From: Candidatus Micrarchaeota archaeon
GTDB taxonomy: Archaea > Micrarchaeota > Micrarchaeia > Anstonellales > Bilamarchaeaceae
Assembly (NCBI GenBank): GCA_020726005.1
Contig: DYTL01000001.1
Location: 1 to 37,371, forward strand
Reading direction: 5' to 3'
DNA length: 37,371 bases
Part shown: one piece after another, positions 18,908-28,891 of the stretch
How positions within the stretch are numbered: position 1 is the stretch's first letter
How the letters are laid out: each line of letters starts with the position of its first letter
The notes under the pieces: generated by a model
Told to the model about the DNA's origin: nothing
The model's database searches: none
What the model saw: the letters and a program-made list of their open reading frames with translations, nothing else
Program-made: the position numbers and the translations under genes

Positions 18908-20560
18908 ATGTTAGATGTTTTTGATAAATTTAGGGAATACTCAGTTGCCGAATTTTTTAAAAAAAACAGGCAAATGCTTGGATTTTCAGGGAAAATAAGG
19001 AGTTTAACTACTATTGTTCATGAATATGTAAGCAATTCGCTTGATGCATGCGAAGAATACGAAATACTTCCGGAAATAAAAATTGAGTTAAGGGAATTAG
19101 AAAACGGAAATATTGTTGTGAAAGTTCAAGATAACGGAATAGGAATTCCTGAAAAACTTATAGGAAAAGCGCTCGGGCAGATGCTCGCAGGAACGAAATT
19201 CACACGTTATGCGCAGCAACGAGGACAACAAGGAATTGGCGCATCCGGATGCACTATGTATGCGCTGCTAACTACAGGAAAACCAATTTACGTTGAATCA
19301 AGATATGATAAAACATTAGTAAAATGCAATTTAACAATAGATTTCAAATCCAACAGGCCAGTGTTAACTAATCTACAAAAACAACAGATTTTAGAGGGAC
19401 AATCGCAACAGCGATTGGATATTGTAAAAGAAAAAAATATTGATGGAACAGGAGTGCTTATAGAAGCCGAATTCGGAGACGTGAAATATGATGGCGGTGT
19501 TTATGGGATATATGAATATCTAAAAAGAACCGCGCTTGCGAATCCACATGCACAAATAACTTTAATAGAACCAAATGGAAACAGTGCGTTTTTCCCTAGA
19601 AGTGATAATAAAATACCTCCAAAACCAAAGGATATACTTCCACACCCATTAGGAATTACTGCGCATGATTTGATTGATTTTGCGAAACGCAGTGAAAATA
19701 ATAATATTTCATCATTTTTACAACAATCATTTTCAAGGATGAGTGCAAATAAAGTACAGGAGATAAAAACACTCACTCAAGAAATGAATTTTGGAAAAAA
19801 ACCAAAGGATTTGAACTGGGAGGAAGCAGATAAATTAGTAAAGATATTCAAACAAATGAAGTGGATCGCTCCAGCAGTGGATAGTATAATACCGATAGGA
19901 AAAGAACAAATAGAAAAAGCAATGAAGAATATACTTATACCTGAGTTTATAGCAATTGCGGAAAGAAATCCAAAGGTTTTTAGAGGTGGAATTCCGTTTT
20001 TGGTTGAAGTAGCTATCGCATACGGAGGAAATTCCGGAAAATCTAATGCTGAAGGAAAACGAAGCGGAGATATAATACGATTTGCAAATAAAGTGCCACT
20101 TCTATTTGATGCGGGAGCATGTGGACTTACAGAGGCAGTAAAGAATTTAGATTGGAAAAGATACGGAATAAAAAATTTTGATGAATGCGCAATAACAATT
20201 TTAATAAATTTTGTATCTGTGCACGTTCCTTATACAGGAGCAGGAAAACAATCCATAGCGCAGGATGAAGAAATTTTGGATGAAATAAGAAACGCGGTTC
20301 AGGAAACTGCACGTATAATGCAAAAGTATATAGGAAACGTAGTGCGCGAACGAGAGAAAGAAGGAAAAAAGAAAGCTGTTTTAAGATATATCGAACAATT
20401 ATCCAAGGACCTTTCCGAACTTTCAAACGGAAAAAATACTGATGAATTAACGAGAAAACTTATTGAAATAGTTGAAAAGAAATATAGTGGCGAAACAAAG
20501 GAAGAGAAAACTGAAATTACAAACAAAAAAGAGGGAATAGAAAAATCCATAGAAGAATAA
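18908..20560 (+). CDS. top6B: DNA topoisomerase VI subunit B
   Basis: GHKL motifs E.V.NSLDA, DNG.G, Q.RGQQGIG; H2TH domain; RFANKVPLL, VPYT..GK. Confidence 0.98.
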   Translation: MLDVFDKFREYSVAEFFKKNRQMLGFSGKIRSLTTIVHEYVSNSLDACEEYEILPEIKIELRELENGNIVVKVQDNGIGIPEKLIGKALGQMLAGTKFTRYAQQRGQQGIGASGCTMYALLTTGKPIYVESRYDKTLVKCNLTIDFKSNRPVLTNLQKQQILEGQSQQRLDIVKEKNIDGTGVLIEAEFGDVKYDGGVYGIYEYLKRTALANPHAQITLIEPNGNSAFFPRSDNKIPPKPKDILPHPLGITAHDLIDFAKRSENNNISSFLQQSFSRMSANKVQEIKTLTQEMNFGKKPKDLNWEEADKLVKIFKQMKWIAPAVDSIIPIGKEQIEKAMKNILIPEFIAIAERNPKVFRGGIPFLVEVAIAYGGNSGKSNAEGKRSGDIIRFANKVPLLFDAGACGLTEAVKNLDWKRYGIKNFDECAITILINFVSVHVPYTGAGKQSIAQDEEILDEIRNAVQETARIMQKYIGNVVREREKEGKKKAVLRYIEQLSKDLSELSNGKNTDELTRKLIEIVEKKYSGETKEEKTEITNKKEGIEKSIEE

Positions 20561-20572
20561 ACGGTGCTGTAC

Positions 20573-21718
20573 ATGAATCCAAAAAAAATTGAAGATCAAG
20601 AACAAAAAACACTTTTTGGATTAGGAGAAAAAGAAACACTTTTTAGATTGGAAGGATTTGGAAAAAAACTTATTGAAGAAGTTCAAAAAGGAGAAGAACC
20701 AAAATTCCAAATGCCACTTCGAAGTAGGAGTAATATATTATATGATGAAGGAATGAAGTTCTTGCGTATAGGAAATAAGAAAGAGGAAAGAAGATTTGTT
20801 AGCGTAGGACAGGCAAAGAAATTCATGCAAACCATTGCAATTGCAAATAAAGCAAAAAAATTTATCAGCGAAGATTTACATACTTCTATTAGAGGTCTTT
20901 ATTACCAACTCAAAGTCACGCTTGGAGAAGACATAGACGAAGAATTATTTTCCGAGCAGAGCGAATCCAATGAACTTATAGAAGATTTGGAAGTCGCGCT
21001 TTCAGTAAAACGAGAGGACTTTAATTTAACTACGGATAGAAAGGGGGTTGTTGCAGGTCCGCTTAAAATAATGGATACTTTTGCTGGAGAAGAAACAATA
21101 ATAGATGGAACGAAAATGGGAAGAAGTGGATGGATGATTCCGAGCGACGTAGATAATGGAATGGAGTTTATAGATGTAACTGCAAAATACGTACTTGTAA
21201 TTGAAAAAGACGCAATTTGGCAGCGATTAAATGAGGATAAATTCTGGAAAAAAGAAAATTGCATAATTATTACTCCAAAAGGACAAGCATCGCGAGGAAC
21301 GCGAAGATTGATAAGGAAACTTGCGGATAAAGGATTACCAATATATGCGTTTACAGATTGTGATGCGTGGGGTTGGTATATTTATTGGACTATTAAAACC
21401 GGAAGCATGAATCTTGCGTATTTAGGAAGGGATTTTGCAGTTCCAGAAATGAAATTTATTGGAGTAACTATGAAAGATATAAATAATTATGGTTTTTTAC
21501 AAAAACTTACTATAAATGCAAAAGAAGTTGATTTAAAGCGAGCAGAGGAAATGCTTAGTTATCCATGGATAAACGCACACAAACAATGGATAGAGGAACT
21601 TAAAATGGTTTTAAAAACCAAAAAGAAATTAGAACAAGATGCGCTTCAAGGACAAAAACTAACTTTTGTAGGTGAATATATTAAGAAAAAAATTGAAATA
21701 AATGATTTAATGCCGTAA
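20573..21718 (+). CDS. top6A: DNA topoisomerase VI subunit A
   Basis: IRGLYY (catalytic Tyr), F.EQ.ES, IEKDA, KGQA.R.TR, TDCDAWG, K.EQ.A. Confidence 0.98.
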   Translation: MNPKKIEDQEQKTLFGLGEKETLFRLEGFGKKLIEEVQKGEEPKFQMPLRSRSNILYDEGMKFLRIGNKKEERRFVSVGQAKKFMQTIAIANKAKKFISEDLHTSIRGLYYQLKVTLGEDIDEELFSEQSESNELIEDLEVALSVKREDFNLTTDRKGVVAGPLKIMDTFAGEETIIDGTKMGRSGWMIPSDVDNGMEFIDVTAKYVLVIEKDAIWQRLNEDKFWKKENCIIITPKGQASRGTRRLIRKLADKGLPIYAFTDCDAWGWYIYWTIKTGSMNLAYLGRDFAVPEMKFIGVTMKDINNYGFLQKLTINAKEVDLKRAEEMLSYPWINAHKQWIEELKMVLKTKKKLEQDALQGQKLTFVGEYIKKKIEINDLMP

Positions 21719-21815
21719 TGTAAAAATATTCTTAAAGAAATTTTTTAACCGGATTTAAAGTAAAAGGAGCAGAAATATAATATTGGAAAATTATTTAATC
21801 TTCTAATGGTTCAGA

Positions 21816-21910
21816 CGCAGAGAAAGAGATTTGAACTCTTAAGCCCATGAGGGCATATGCTAACTGGAAATTTTCCAGGCATACGCGTTACCAGGTTCCG
21901 CCATCTCTGC
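21816..21910 (-). tRNA. tRNA-Ser(GGA) with 11-nt intron at 37/38
   Basis: GCAGAGA/TCTCTGC acceptor stem, TATGC-CTGGAA[intron]A-GCATA anticodon arm, long variable arm GCCC-TCAT-GGGC, AAGAG-TTCAAAT-CTCTT T-arm, G73. Confidence 0.95.
21862..21872 (-). other. tRNA intron AATTTCCAGTT
   Basis: Removing it restores the 7-nt loop CTGGAAA. Intron CCAG pairs with C32-G35, leaving a 3-nt TTA bulge. Confidence 0.9.
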
Positions 21911-21988
21911 ATGAATATTACAATATCCTGAACCAAATAAATAAAGCGTTCGTTGTACTCTTTTATAATATCAGAGAGATAATTATTG

Positions 21989-22891
21989 TTAAATATATAT
22001 TAGATCACTATTTTTTAAATTCTGTAGATGAATTCGTTCGGTTTTTACTACAATACCGTTATTCATTTTTTTTATTTCATCGCAGGAAAAAAGGCTTGTA
22101 CCCATACCGATGAATTTATTTTCTTTTGAATAAATTGCAATTGTTTCTCCTTTTGCAAAATTTTCAAATTTACTTATTCCTGGAATTGCAAGTTGCACAC
22201 CATTCAAAAGTGAAACAACAGTAGAATTTTTCACGAATATTTTTTTGTAATTTTTTAAATATTCTTCAACAGGAAGTAATATATTGCGTAATGCATTTTC
22301 ATCATTTTTGGATTTCCATAACCATACTGCATCAGAAAAATCCTGCATTTTTATTGCTTTTTTTTCCAAAATGTCGCCCACTGCAATACGTCGTAGTTCT
22401 TCCATTCTTGCGCCTTCAACAAGTTTACCTAGATCGTCGCAGAGCGTTCTTATATAAGTGCCTGCTTGTGTTTTTGTTTCGAAAAGCACGAATTTTCCAT
22501 TCTGTTCAAGAAATTTTATATAATGAATAAATCGCTTGCGTGGAATTTTGCGAACTGCACTAATTTTAGGAGGAATCTGGATTATTTTTCCCTCAAATTT
22601 TTTGAAAAGCGAGAGCACTTTTTCAATTGACTGTTCGGTTTTGAATTTAATTATGCAAACATACGTTTTATCTTTTGCTACGATATAATCTAAAAGTTTA
22701 GTTGCACGACCCAATGCAATTGGAAGAACACCGCTTACATTTGGATCCAAAGTTCCAGCATGCCCGGTTTTTTTCGCGCCAATGATTTTCTTTACCAATG
22801 AAGTTATCTCATGACTAGATAATTTTGGTGGTTTATCTATTATAATTACAGAAGAATCAAGAAGTTCTTTAATAGTTTGCACCTGAACCAC
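21989..22891 (-). CDS. cbf5: Pseudouridine synthase Cbf5 (TruB family)
   Basis: DKP, GHAGTLDP (catalytic Asp), Q.PP..SAV, AGTYIRTLC, C-terminal PUA domain. Confidence 0.97.
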   Translation of the reverse strand: MVQVQTIKELLDSSVIIIDKPPKLSSHEITSLVKKIIGAKKTGHAGTLDPNVSGVLPIALGRATKLLDYIVAKDKTYVCIIKFKTEQSIEKVLSLFKKFEGKIIQIPPKISAVRKIPRKRFIHYIKFLEQNGKFVLFETKTQAGTYIRTLCDDLGKLVEGARMEELRRIAVGDILEKKAIKMQDFSDAVWLWKSKNDENALRNILLPVEEYLKNYKKIFVKNSTVVSLLNGVQLAIPGISKFENFAKGETIAIYSKENKFIGMGTSLFSCDEIKKMNNGIVVKTERIHLQNLKNSDLIYI

Positions 22892-22920
22892 ACAAAAATA
22901 AAGAGTACTATAAATAAAAA

Positions 22921-23094
22921 TTATTCGGTTCGTGAAGTTGGTTCAATATGAAGAATAGAGCATTTACTTTCCTTACCGTTTTTACTTTTTACCATTACAA
23001 AGTTATTATCAATAATATTTGTTATGATAACTTCTTCACCTGCGTCCGCACCTTTTTTCTTTATGCATATTCTTCCTATTTTTATTGCACTCAT
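22921..23094 (-). CDS. rpl14e: 50S ribosomal protein L14e (short)
   Basis: IGRICIKK.G.DAG...II..ID.NFV...HIEPT. Confidence 0.92.
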   Translation of the reverse strand: MSAIKIGRICIKKKGADAGEEVIITNIIDNNFVMVKSKNGKESKCSILHIEPTSRTE

Positions 23095-23099
23095 TAATA

Positions 23100-23615
23100 T
23101 CACCGTTTTTTTATTTCGACTATTTTTGCGATAATCTCTGTTATTTCTTTCGGAGAAAATTTGGCAGAGTTGAACAAAACATCAAAAATATTAGTGTCAA
23201 ATATATCTACATTATAAAGTTTAAGGTAGCGCTTACGATTTTGATTCTCGCGCTTTTTTAGCATATTCTTCGCTTCATGAATTGAGATATTATCACGTTT
23301 TGCAACTCTTTTTGCTCTTACCTCAATAGATGCAAACAACCAGACACGCAAATCCGCATTTACCATCCAGGGGGATAACCAAGTTGTAATTACGCAATTA
23401 CCTTTTTTCGCCTCGTTTTTTAAATACTCATCAAATTTTAAATCAATATTTTTGTTTTTCTCGGCTTTTTTTTGGAATTCTATAAGGGAAATTTTTTCTT
23501 TTTTTGCGAGCTCTTTGAATGAAGGAGAAATTACTGAATATCCGAGTTTTTGTGCTAATATTTTACCTAAGGTAGTTTTACCGCTTCCTCCAAAGCCCGC
23601 AATAGTAATTATCAT
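23100..23615 (-). CDS. cmk: Cytidylate kinase (archaeal type)
   Basis: G..GSGKTT P-loop, R..RY..LY..DI; conserved position in the operon. Confidence 0.93.
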   Translation of the reverse strand: MIITIAGFGGSGKTTLGKILAQKLGYSVISPSFKELAKKEKISLIEFQKKAEKNKNIDLKFDEYLKNEAKKGNCVITTWLSPWMVNADLRVWLFASIEVRAKRVAKRDNISIHEAKNMLKKRENQNRKRYLKLYNVDIFDTNIFDVLFNSAKFSPKEITEIIAKIVEIKKR

Positions 23616-23631
23616 TTTTATTCCATTAACT

Positions 23632-23946
23632 TTATTTTTTCATTATTTGTTCTACATAATTTTTATATACAAAGTCAACATTATCTATGTTTTTTGCTCT
23701 TTCTCTTATACGCAATGCGTCTTTTATCACGCGTGCACAGCAAATGTGACACAAATGTCCACCAAATTTTCTTGAAACAGATTTTTCGGTTTTAGAACCA
23801 AAATTTATTCCAGCAAGTTGTTTTTTACAAACCGCGCACGAAACTTTTAGCTTTGCTTTTCTTCGTACAAAAATGAATTTTGTTCCTTTAGAAGTTTTTC
23901 TTGGAAGTTTTTTGTATTTAGTTGAACGATTTTTCGGTATTGGCAT
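23632..23946 (-). CDS. rpl34e: 50S ribosomal protein L34e
   Basis: CAVC...SKTEK...R.FGG.LC..C zinc motif. Confidence 0.93.
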   Translation of the reverse strand: MPIPKNRSTKYKKLPRKTSKGTKFIFVRRKAKLKVSCAVCKKQLAGINFGSKTEKSVSRKFGGHLCHICCARVIKDALRIRERAKNIDNVDFVYKNYVEQIMKK

Positions 23947-23964
23947 TTTAACACCTCATTATTT

Positions 23965-24756
23965 TTATTTTTTTAATATGTATTTTTTTATTAATAAAAC
24001 TAAAGGATTAATTAACAATCCTATTATTATTGCGGAAAAGATAAACCAACTCTGTGAATCATAAATCCTGCGAAGGTTTATTAAAGGTATTGTAACAGGT
24101 AAATCGACGTAAAAGCGAGTGCCGGAATTAAAAGTTGCAACTACATCGTGTGCATCGGTTGGAACAGTTGCATAAATCATAACCCTACTATTAGAGGAAT
24201 ATGTCTCTTTGTCAGTGTGCACTGGCATTTGGGATGCTTTAGTTTGTATCCATAAAAGCTCATCTGTTTTCTGTCCAACAAAAAATACCGTTTGATTCAT
24301 TGCTATCTCAGTTCTGTTATTATAAGCAACAATTGTCGCATACCAAAAGTTTTGTGTTGCATTTTTAAGTACGAAAGAACCAGAATAAATATTATCGCTA
24401 TTGTTAGTTTTAGTAAGGTTTATGGAAAAATCATCTTTTAGAGTAGGATCGGCGTATCCAGTTACCCAAGTGAATGCAATAAATATTCCAATAATAACAA
24501 CCATCATTTTCATCTGACTCATTAACAGTTTGTTCATCATTGGCATAAGTTCCTCATTCATTTTGGAAATTTCGTCCATTTTACGTTTGTTGTTGTTTTT
24601 TGCCGCTTCCTTATAAAGTTCGTTTATCTGTTTGGATTTTTCCTGAATACTTTTCATCATGTTGGAATCCATAAGTTTAGATTGGATTATGCGAATTAAA
24701 ATCACGTATATTATTGAAAGTGCAATTACAAAATAAAAATAAGGAGTAATATCCAT
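23965..24756 (-). CDS. DUF106 / EMC3-TMCO1 (Oxa1 superfamily) membrane protein
   Basis: TM1, Met-rich coiled coil, TM2, soluble insert, TM3 with W; located between adkA and rpl34e. Confidence 0.85.
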   Translation of the reverse strand: MDITPYFYFVIALSIIYVILIRIIQSKLMDSNMMKSIQEKSKQINELYKEAAKNNNKRKMDEISKMNEELMPMMNKLLMSQMKMMVVIIGIFIAFTWVTGYADPTLKDDFSINLTKTNNSDNIYSGSFVLKNATQNFWYATIVAYNNRTEIAMNQTVFFVGQKTDELLWIQTKASQMPVHTDKETYSSNSRVMIYATVPTDAHDVVATFNSGTRFYVDLPVTIPLINLRRIYDSQSWFIFSAIIIGLLINPLVLLIKKYILKK

Positions 24757-24770
24757 AAAAATCACGTAGA

Positions 24771-25316
24771 TTAATCTAAAAGCAAAGCGAATTTTTCAAT
24801 TGCTTCCTGAAGCTTATTGTCACGATTGAGTATTATAGTTGCAGGAGCGCCAGTAAATGCGGAATATGCAGCTAAATATGCTTTATTCATCTGGTCATGC
24901 TCAATTATTTCATCTTTATTCATTTCACGCGTTCGCGCGCAATCATTTTTTCTTCTATTATATATCTCATCTATTGTTGCAGAAAGCAAAATCAAGCGTT
25001 CAACTTTAAGTTTTTTCAGTAAATCAAACGGAAGACCAGGAAGATATCCTTTCGTAGTTTGGATTGAACAGTGCGTATCAAGTATATTTTTTTTGTCCAT
25101 TTTAGAAAGTTTAAGTGCAACATCTTTTTGAATCGCTTTTTGTCGTGTAATTGATGCCTTACGTATTTCATCTCTCTTTTGAAGTCCGTATCTTTTTTTG
25201 AACATTTCGAACATAAGGTTGCCGTAATTCACTATTTTATAGTTTGGTTTTATTTGTTTTACTCCATCAAGGACCGAACTTTTTCCAACGCCAGGTACAC
25301 CCATAAGTATTATCAT
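24771..25316 (-). CDS. adkA: Adenylate kinase (archaeal type)
   Basis: GVPGVGKS, NYG..M, RDEIRK, DTH.....GYLPGLP. Confidence 0.96.
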   Translation of the reverse strand: MIILMGVPGVGKSSVLDGVKQIKPNYKIVNYGNLMFEMFKKRYGLQKRDEIRKASITRQKAIQKDVALKLSKMDKKNILDTHCSIQTTKGYLPGLPFDLLKKLKVERLILLSATIDEIYNRRKNDCARTREMNKDEIIEHDQMNKAYLAAYSAFTGAPATIILNRDNKLQEAIEKFALLLD

Positions 25317-25328
25317 TTTAAAACCAAT

Positions 25329-26750
25329 CTACGCAAAGATTCGAGATATTTGCGGATATATATCAAACACCTTAAGTTTTTCAAATTCTTCGTATAGTTT
25401 ATATAAAATACCAACTGTAAGTAAAATTCCGGTTCCTGTTCCTAATGCACCAGTAAGATCGGCAAGACCTGCGAGAAGACCTACAGAAGCACTGCTCGTA
25501 ATTATAAGTGGTGAAATATATTTTCCCAAAACTTTTTCAAGTAAACGCGGATCTCTTCTGTATCCAGGAATCTGAAGACCGGATTTGTTAAGTTGATCTG
25601 CCACGCTTTTCGCATCCATATTACTTGTTTCAGCCCAAAATATACCGAAAAATATGCATGTAACCGTTAAGAAGACTACATATATAATTGCATGTATCCA
25701 TTCAGGAATATGAAAATGTGGAGTGTCCTGTAAAAGATAATCAAAGTGTGCACTCATCCCTCCTCGTGCATAAATTGGAGTAATCAGATAAATAAAACCG
25801 TCGCGAACTGTTTTATCTGAATCTACGAAACCGATATAATTCACAATATTCTCATCACCGAACATCCAATTCTGATCAGCAAGCGTAGTAAGTAATGGTG
25901 CTGCAAAAAGCTGAATATTAAGTAAAAGCGCAGATGCAAAAATTACTGGAATGTTTGAAACATAAAAAAATTTGAGCGGAAGTTTGGGAATAATGCCTCT
26001 AATAGCTTCATATGCAACAGGAATTTCCACTTTCATTCCTTCTGCATATACACAAATAAGAAAAACAAATATAGTAAATACAAATGGAAGGAGAATAGTT
26101 AATGATAATGGTATTGCATCCGCGCCACCTTCCATAAGTGTTTGCGTTACTCCACCTAAACCAAATATAAGATTTGAAAGACCCCCTAATATACTCAACG
26201 AAACACCTGCTGCAATAAAGAGGCTTATACCGCTTCCTATTCCATATTTGGAAATTGTTTCATCAAGATAAAATAATATCATTGCACCCATTACAATCTG
26301 CGCAATTACTAACACAACAATTAAAGTTCCTGCATTTTCTATAAGTATTGTTTTTCCAGTTGAAACAAAAATTGCTGCTTCAAGAACTGCAAGTACAAAT
26401 GCCAGTACTTTTTGTACTTCATGAAATTTTTTTCTATCTCCCGTATTGTTCATATCAAGATTAATCAATCCTGCACCTTTGAAAAGTTGAAGAAAAATTG
26501 ATGCGAGAACAATTGGACCTATACCCACAGTAAGAAGTGAGCCGATTTTGGAAGCAGTAATAACCTGAAGAAAATCAATATCGTGTGTTTTTTTTACTCC
26601 AAAGGCAGTAACATTGTACATTACAAAAAATATTACCAAAGCTGCAGCAGTCCACATTATTTTTTCTCGTACTGAAATAGGACTGTCAGGTTTTTTCACT
26701 TCTGGAAAACTTCTTGATATTGATGCAAGTTTATCTATTATGCCCATCAA
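25329..26750 (-). CDS. secY: Preprotein translocase SecY
   Basis: GIGPIV.ASI..QL, KYGIGSGISLFIA, Y.SNIPVI, QIPG.RRD, GTGILLTV. Confidence 0.98.
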   Translation of the reverse strand: MMGIIDKLASISRSFPEVKKPDSPISVREKIMWTAAALVIFFVMYNVTAFGVKKTHDIDFLQVITASKIGSLLTVGIGPIVLASIFLQLFKGAGLINLDMNNTGDRKKFHEVQKVLAFVLAVLEAAIFVSTGKTILIENAGTLIVVLVIAQIVMGAMILFYLDETISKYGIGSGISLFIAAGVSLSILGGLSNLIFGLGGVTQTLMEGGADAIPLSLTILLPFVFTIFVFLICVYAEGMKVEIPVAYEAIRGIIPKLPLKFFYVSNIPVIFASALLLNIQLFAAPLLTTLADQNWMFGDENIVNYIGFVDSDKTVRDGFIYLITPIYARGGMSAHFDYLLQDTPHFHIPEWIHAIIYVVFLTVTCIFFGIFWAETSNMDAKSVADQLNKSGLQIPGYRRDPRLLEKVLGKYISPLIITSSASVGLLAGLADLTGALGTGTGILLTVGILYKLYEEFEKLKVFDIYPQISRIFA

Positions 26751-26800
26751 TTCACCAATATAATACCTTTTGATTTTGATATTTTATATATTATATTTAT

Positions 26801-28891
26801 TCATTCTGTATCAACTTTCCAATTATATATATCGTTAGCACAAATTATTCCGGAAATCGTTGAACCTTCTATCCCTCCACCTGGAAAAGTTGACGCACCA
26901 ACCAAATATAATCCTCTTATAGGTGTTTTAAAGTAAGGTCTTTTTATTTCAATTGATTGATCGAAAGAATAAAGTGCCCCTTCTGGTATAGATGTATATC
27001 TTTCCATTGTTCTTGGAGTTGCAATCTCCAAAACGTCTATATGTTTACTTAAATTTGGAATGATTTTTTCCGCTTTTTGAATTAATTTTTCAGCAAATTC
27101 TTTTTTCTTTTTATTATATTCTTTTGTTTCTCTTTTTGGGAAGTCGCTATAAAATGCATTTGCTAAAATTAATACCGTGCTTTTTCCTTTAGGAGCTAAG
27201 TTTTTATCTGAATTTGAAATTATTGCAATCTCCATTTCTTCATCTATATTTTTTATGAGTACTGAATAAGCAGATAAATCCATATTTACTCCTAAATATA
27301 CAACGAAAACAGATGGAGACATTTTCAATCCACTTATATAATTAACAAATTCTTTATTCAAATTATTTTCACCAATAAGTTCTAAGAAAACGTTTTTTGC
27401 ATTTGCATTCGCCACTATAATAGGTGCTTTAAAAATAGCGCTTCCAACATTTACTTCCTTAACCATATTGTTCTCAATATTTATTTTATCAACTTTATGA
27501 TTTGGCAAAACATTGCCACCTTTGTTTTTAATAAAATCGCTTAAAACATTAACGAAATTTTGCATTCCACCTTTGATAGTATACCCTCCATGAATAAAAT
27601 AACCCATCCAAACAGTAAGACCCATTATAGCAGATGTTTTTTTAGCAGTTGTTCCTGTATACCCTGATAATCCACTAAGGAATAATTTTAATTCGTCAGT
27701 TGTAAAAAACTCATCTAATTTTTCCTGAAATGTTTTATTATACCATTCATAAAAATAAGGGTGTTCTTTTGGATGATTTACTAATTTTTTTTCTCCATGT
27801 ATCTTTACAATAAGATAATCTGGCAAAGGAGTTCCCAAAATTTTTGCTTCGCTATAAACTTCTTCGTAAGCTTTTTTTACATTTTCAAAAAACCTCTTTA
27901 TATTTTCTTTTTCTTCTGGGAAAAATTCTGATAATGTTTTTATTGTATTACTCAATTCTCCAGAAATTGGTATTTCCTTTCTATTTAAAATATATTTTAT
28001 TGATTTATTCTTTACAAAGAGATCTTCTTTCTTAAGATCAAGTTGTTTTAGAAGATAAGTAATTGGACCATTTTTCCATAATCCACCAATATCTATTACA
28101 CCGACATTAAAAATAAAATTTTTGCGTATAAAAGAAGAGCAATAGCCACCAACTTGAGTATGTTGTTCAAGAACTAATACTTTATATCCTCTTTTCGAAA
28201 GCAAAGCACCACAAGTTAGACCTCCTATACCAGAACCAACAATAATTACATCATATCCATTTTCTTCCCTTGTTCTTTGTAAGTTTAGATTCATATTCCA
28301 ATCGTATTTTTTGAATTCCTTTGAAACAAAATAAGCTGGCGCTTTTAATGGAAAAATAATTGAAAAGATTATTCCAAGAATAATTAAAATATTTGAAATA
28401 ATGATAGTAAGTGGTACATCAAGAAATAAGAATATACCTGCATTTACTATAAATATTATTACCCAAACTCCTGTAATTACATTATTAATATCTAAAAATA
28501 TTTTATGCTTCCAATAAATTTCTGGATAATCCTTTTTTGAAATTTGAAAAGTATATGGTTGTTTAACGATTATGGAAATCAACGCCATTAAAAATAAAAT
28601 TAAATATCCAATAAAACCACTGTGTTCAACAAATATATTTAAATTGAAGATAAATGTACCAATAATAGCTATACCGAAATAAGAAATAGAAGCAATATCC
28701 ATTAAATTGAAGTCTTTTTTGTGAACTTGAGAGATTATAAAAATTAAAGAGATTACAAATGCAATAATAATACCCAAATTATTTCCCATTCCGCATGATA
28801 TCCAATAAATAATCCATGGAATGAAAGAAATAAGTATGCAACTCATGCCAAGCCTTTCTATTTTTGTATTAGTTTTTTCATTATTTTTCAT
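26801..28891 (-). CDS. FAD-dependent oxidoreductase (phytoene desaturase / retinol saturase family) fused to an N-terminal multi-TM domain
   Basis: About 185 hydrophobic N-terminal residues; then DVIIVGSGIGGL..G Rossmann motif, GGYC, GG.Q, ATPRT.ERYT, LYLVGA.TFPGGG. Confidence 0.9.
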   Translation of the reverse strand: MKNNEKTNTKIERLGMSCILISFIPWIIYWISCGMGNNLGIIIAFVISLIFIISQVHKKDFNLMDIASISYFGIAIIGTFIFNLNIFVEHSGFIGYLILFLMALISIIVKQPYTFQISKKDYPEIYWKHKIFLDINNVITGVWVIIFIVNAGIFLFLDVPLTIIISNILIILGIIFSIIFPLKAPAYFVSKEFKKYDWNMNLNLQRTREENGYDVIIVGSGIGGLTCGALLSKRGYKVLVLEQHTQVGGYCSSFIRKNFIFNVGVIDIGGLWKNGPITYLLKQLDLKKEDLFVKNKSIKYILNRKEIPISGELSNTIKTLSEFFPEEKENIKRFFENVKKAYEEVYSEAKILGTPLPDYLIVKIHGEKKLVNHPKEHPYFYEWYNKTFQEKLDEFFTTDELKLFLSGLSGYTGTTAKKTSAIMGLTVWMGYFIHGGYTIKGGMQNFVNVLSDFIKNKGGNVLPNHKVDKINIENNMVKEVNVGSAIFKAPIIVANANAKNVFLELIGENNLNKEFVNYISGLKMSPSVFVVYLGVNMDLSAYSVLIKNIDEEMEIAIISNSDKNLAPKGKSTVLILANAFYSDFPKRETKEYNKKKKEFAEKLIQKAEKIIPNLSKHIDVLEIATPRTMERYTSIPEGALYSFDQSIEIKRPYFKTPIRGLYLVGASTFPGGGIEGSTISGIICANDIYNWKVDTE

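Noticed and set aside
6014..21718. Inteins in atpA, atpB, sufB or top6 genes
   Set aside because: Lengths are normal and the conserved motifs are uninterrupted.
21989..22891. cbf5 pre-mRNA intron, as known in some Crenarchaeota
   Set aside because: The reading frame is continuous through GHAGTLDP with no insertion.
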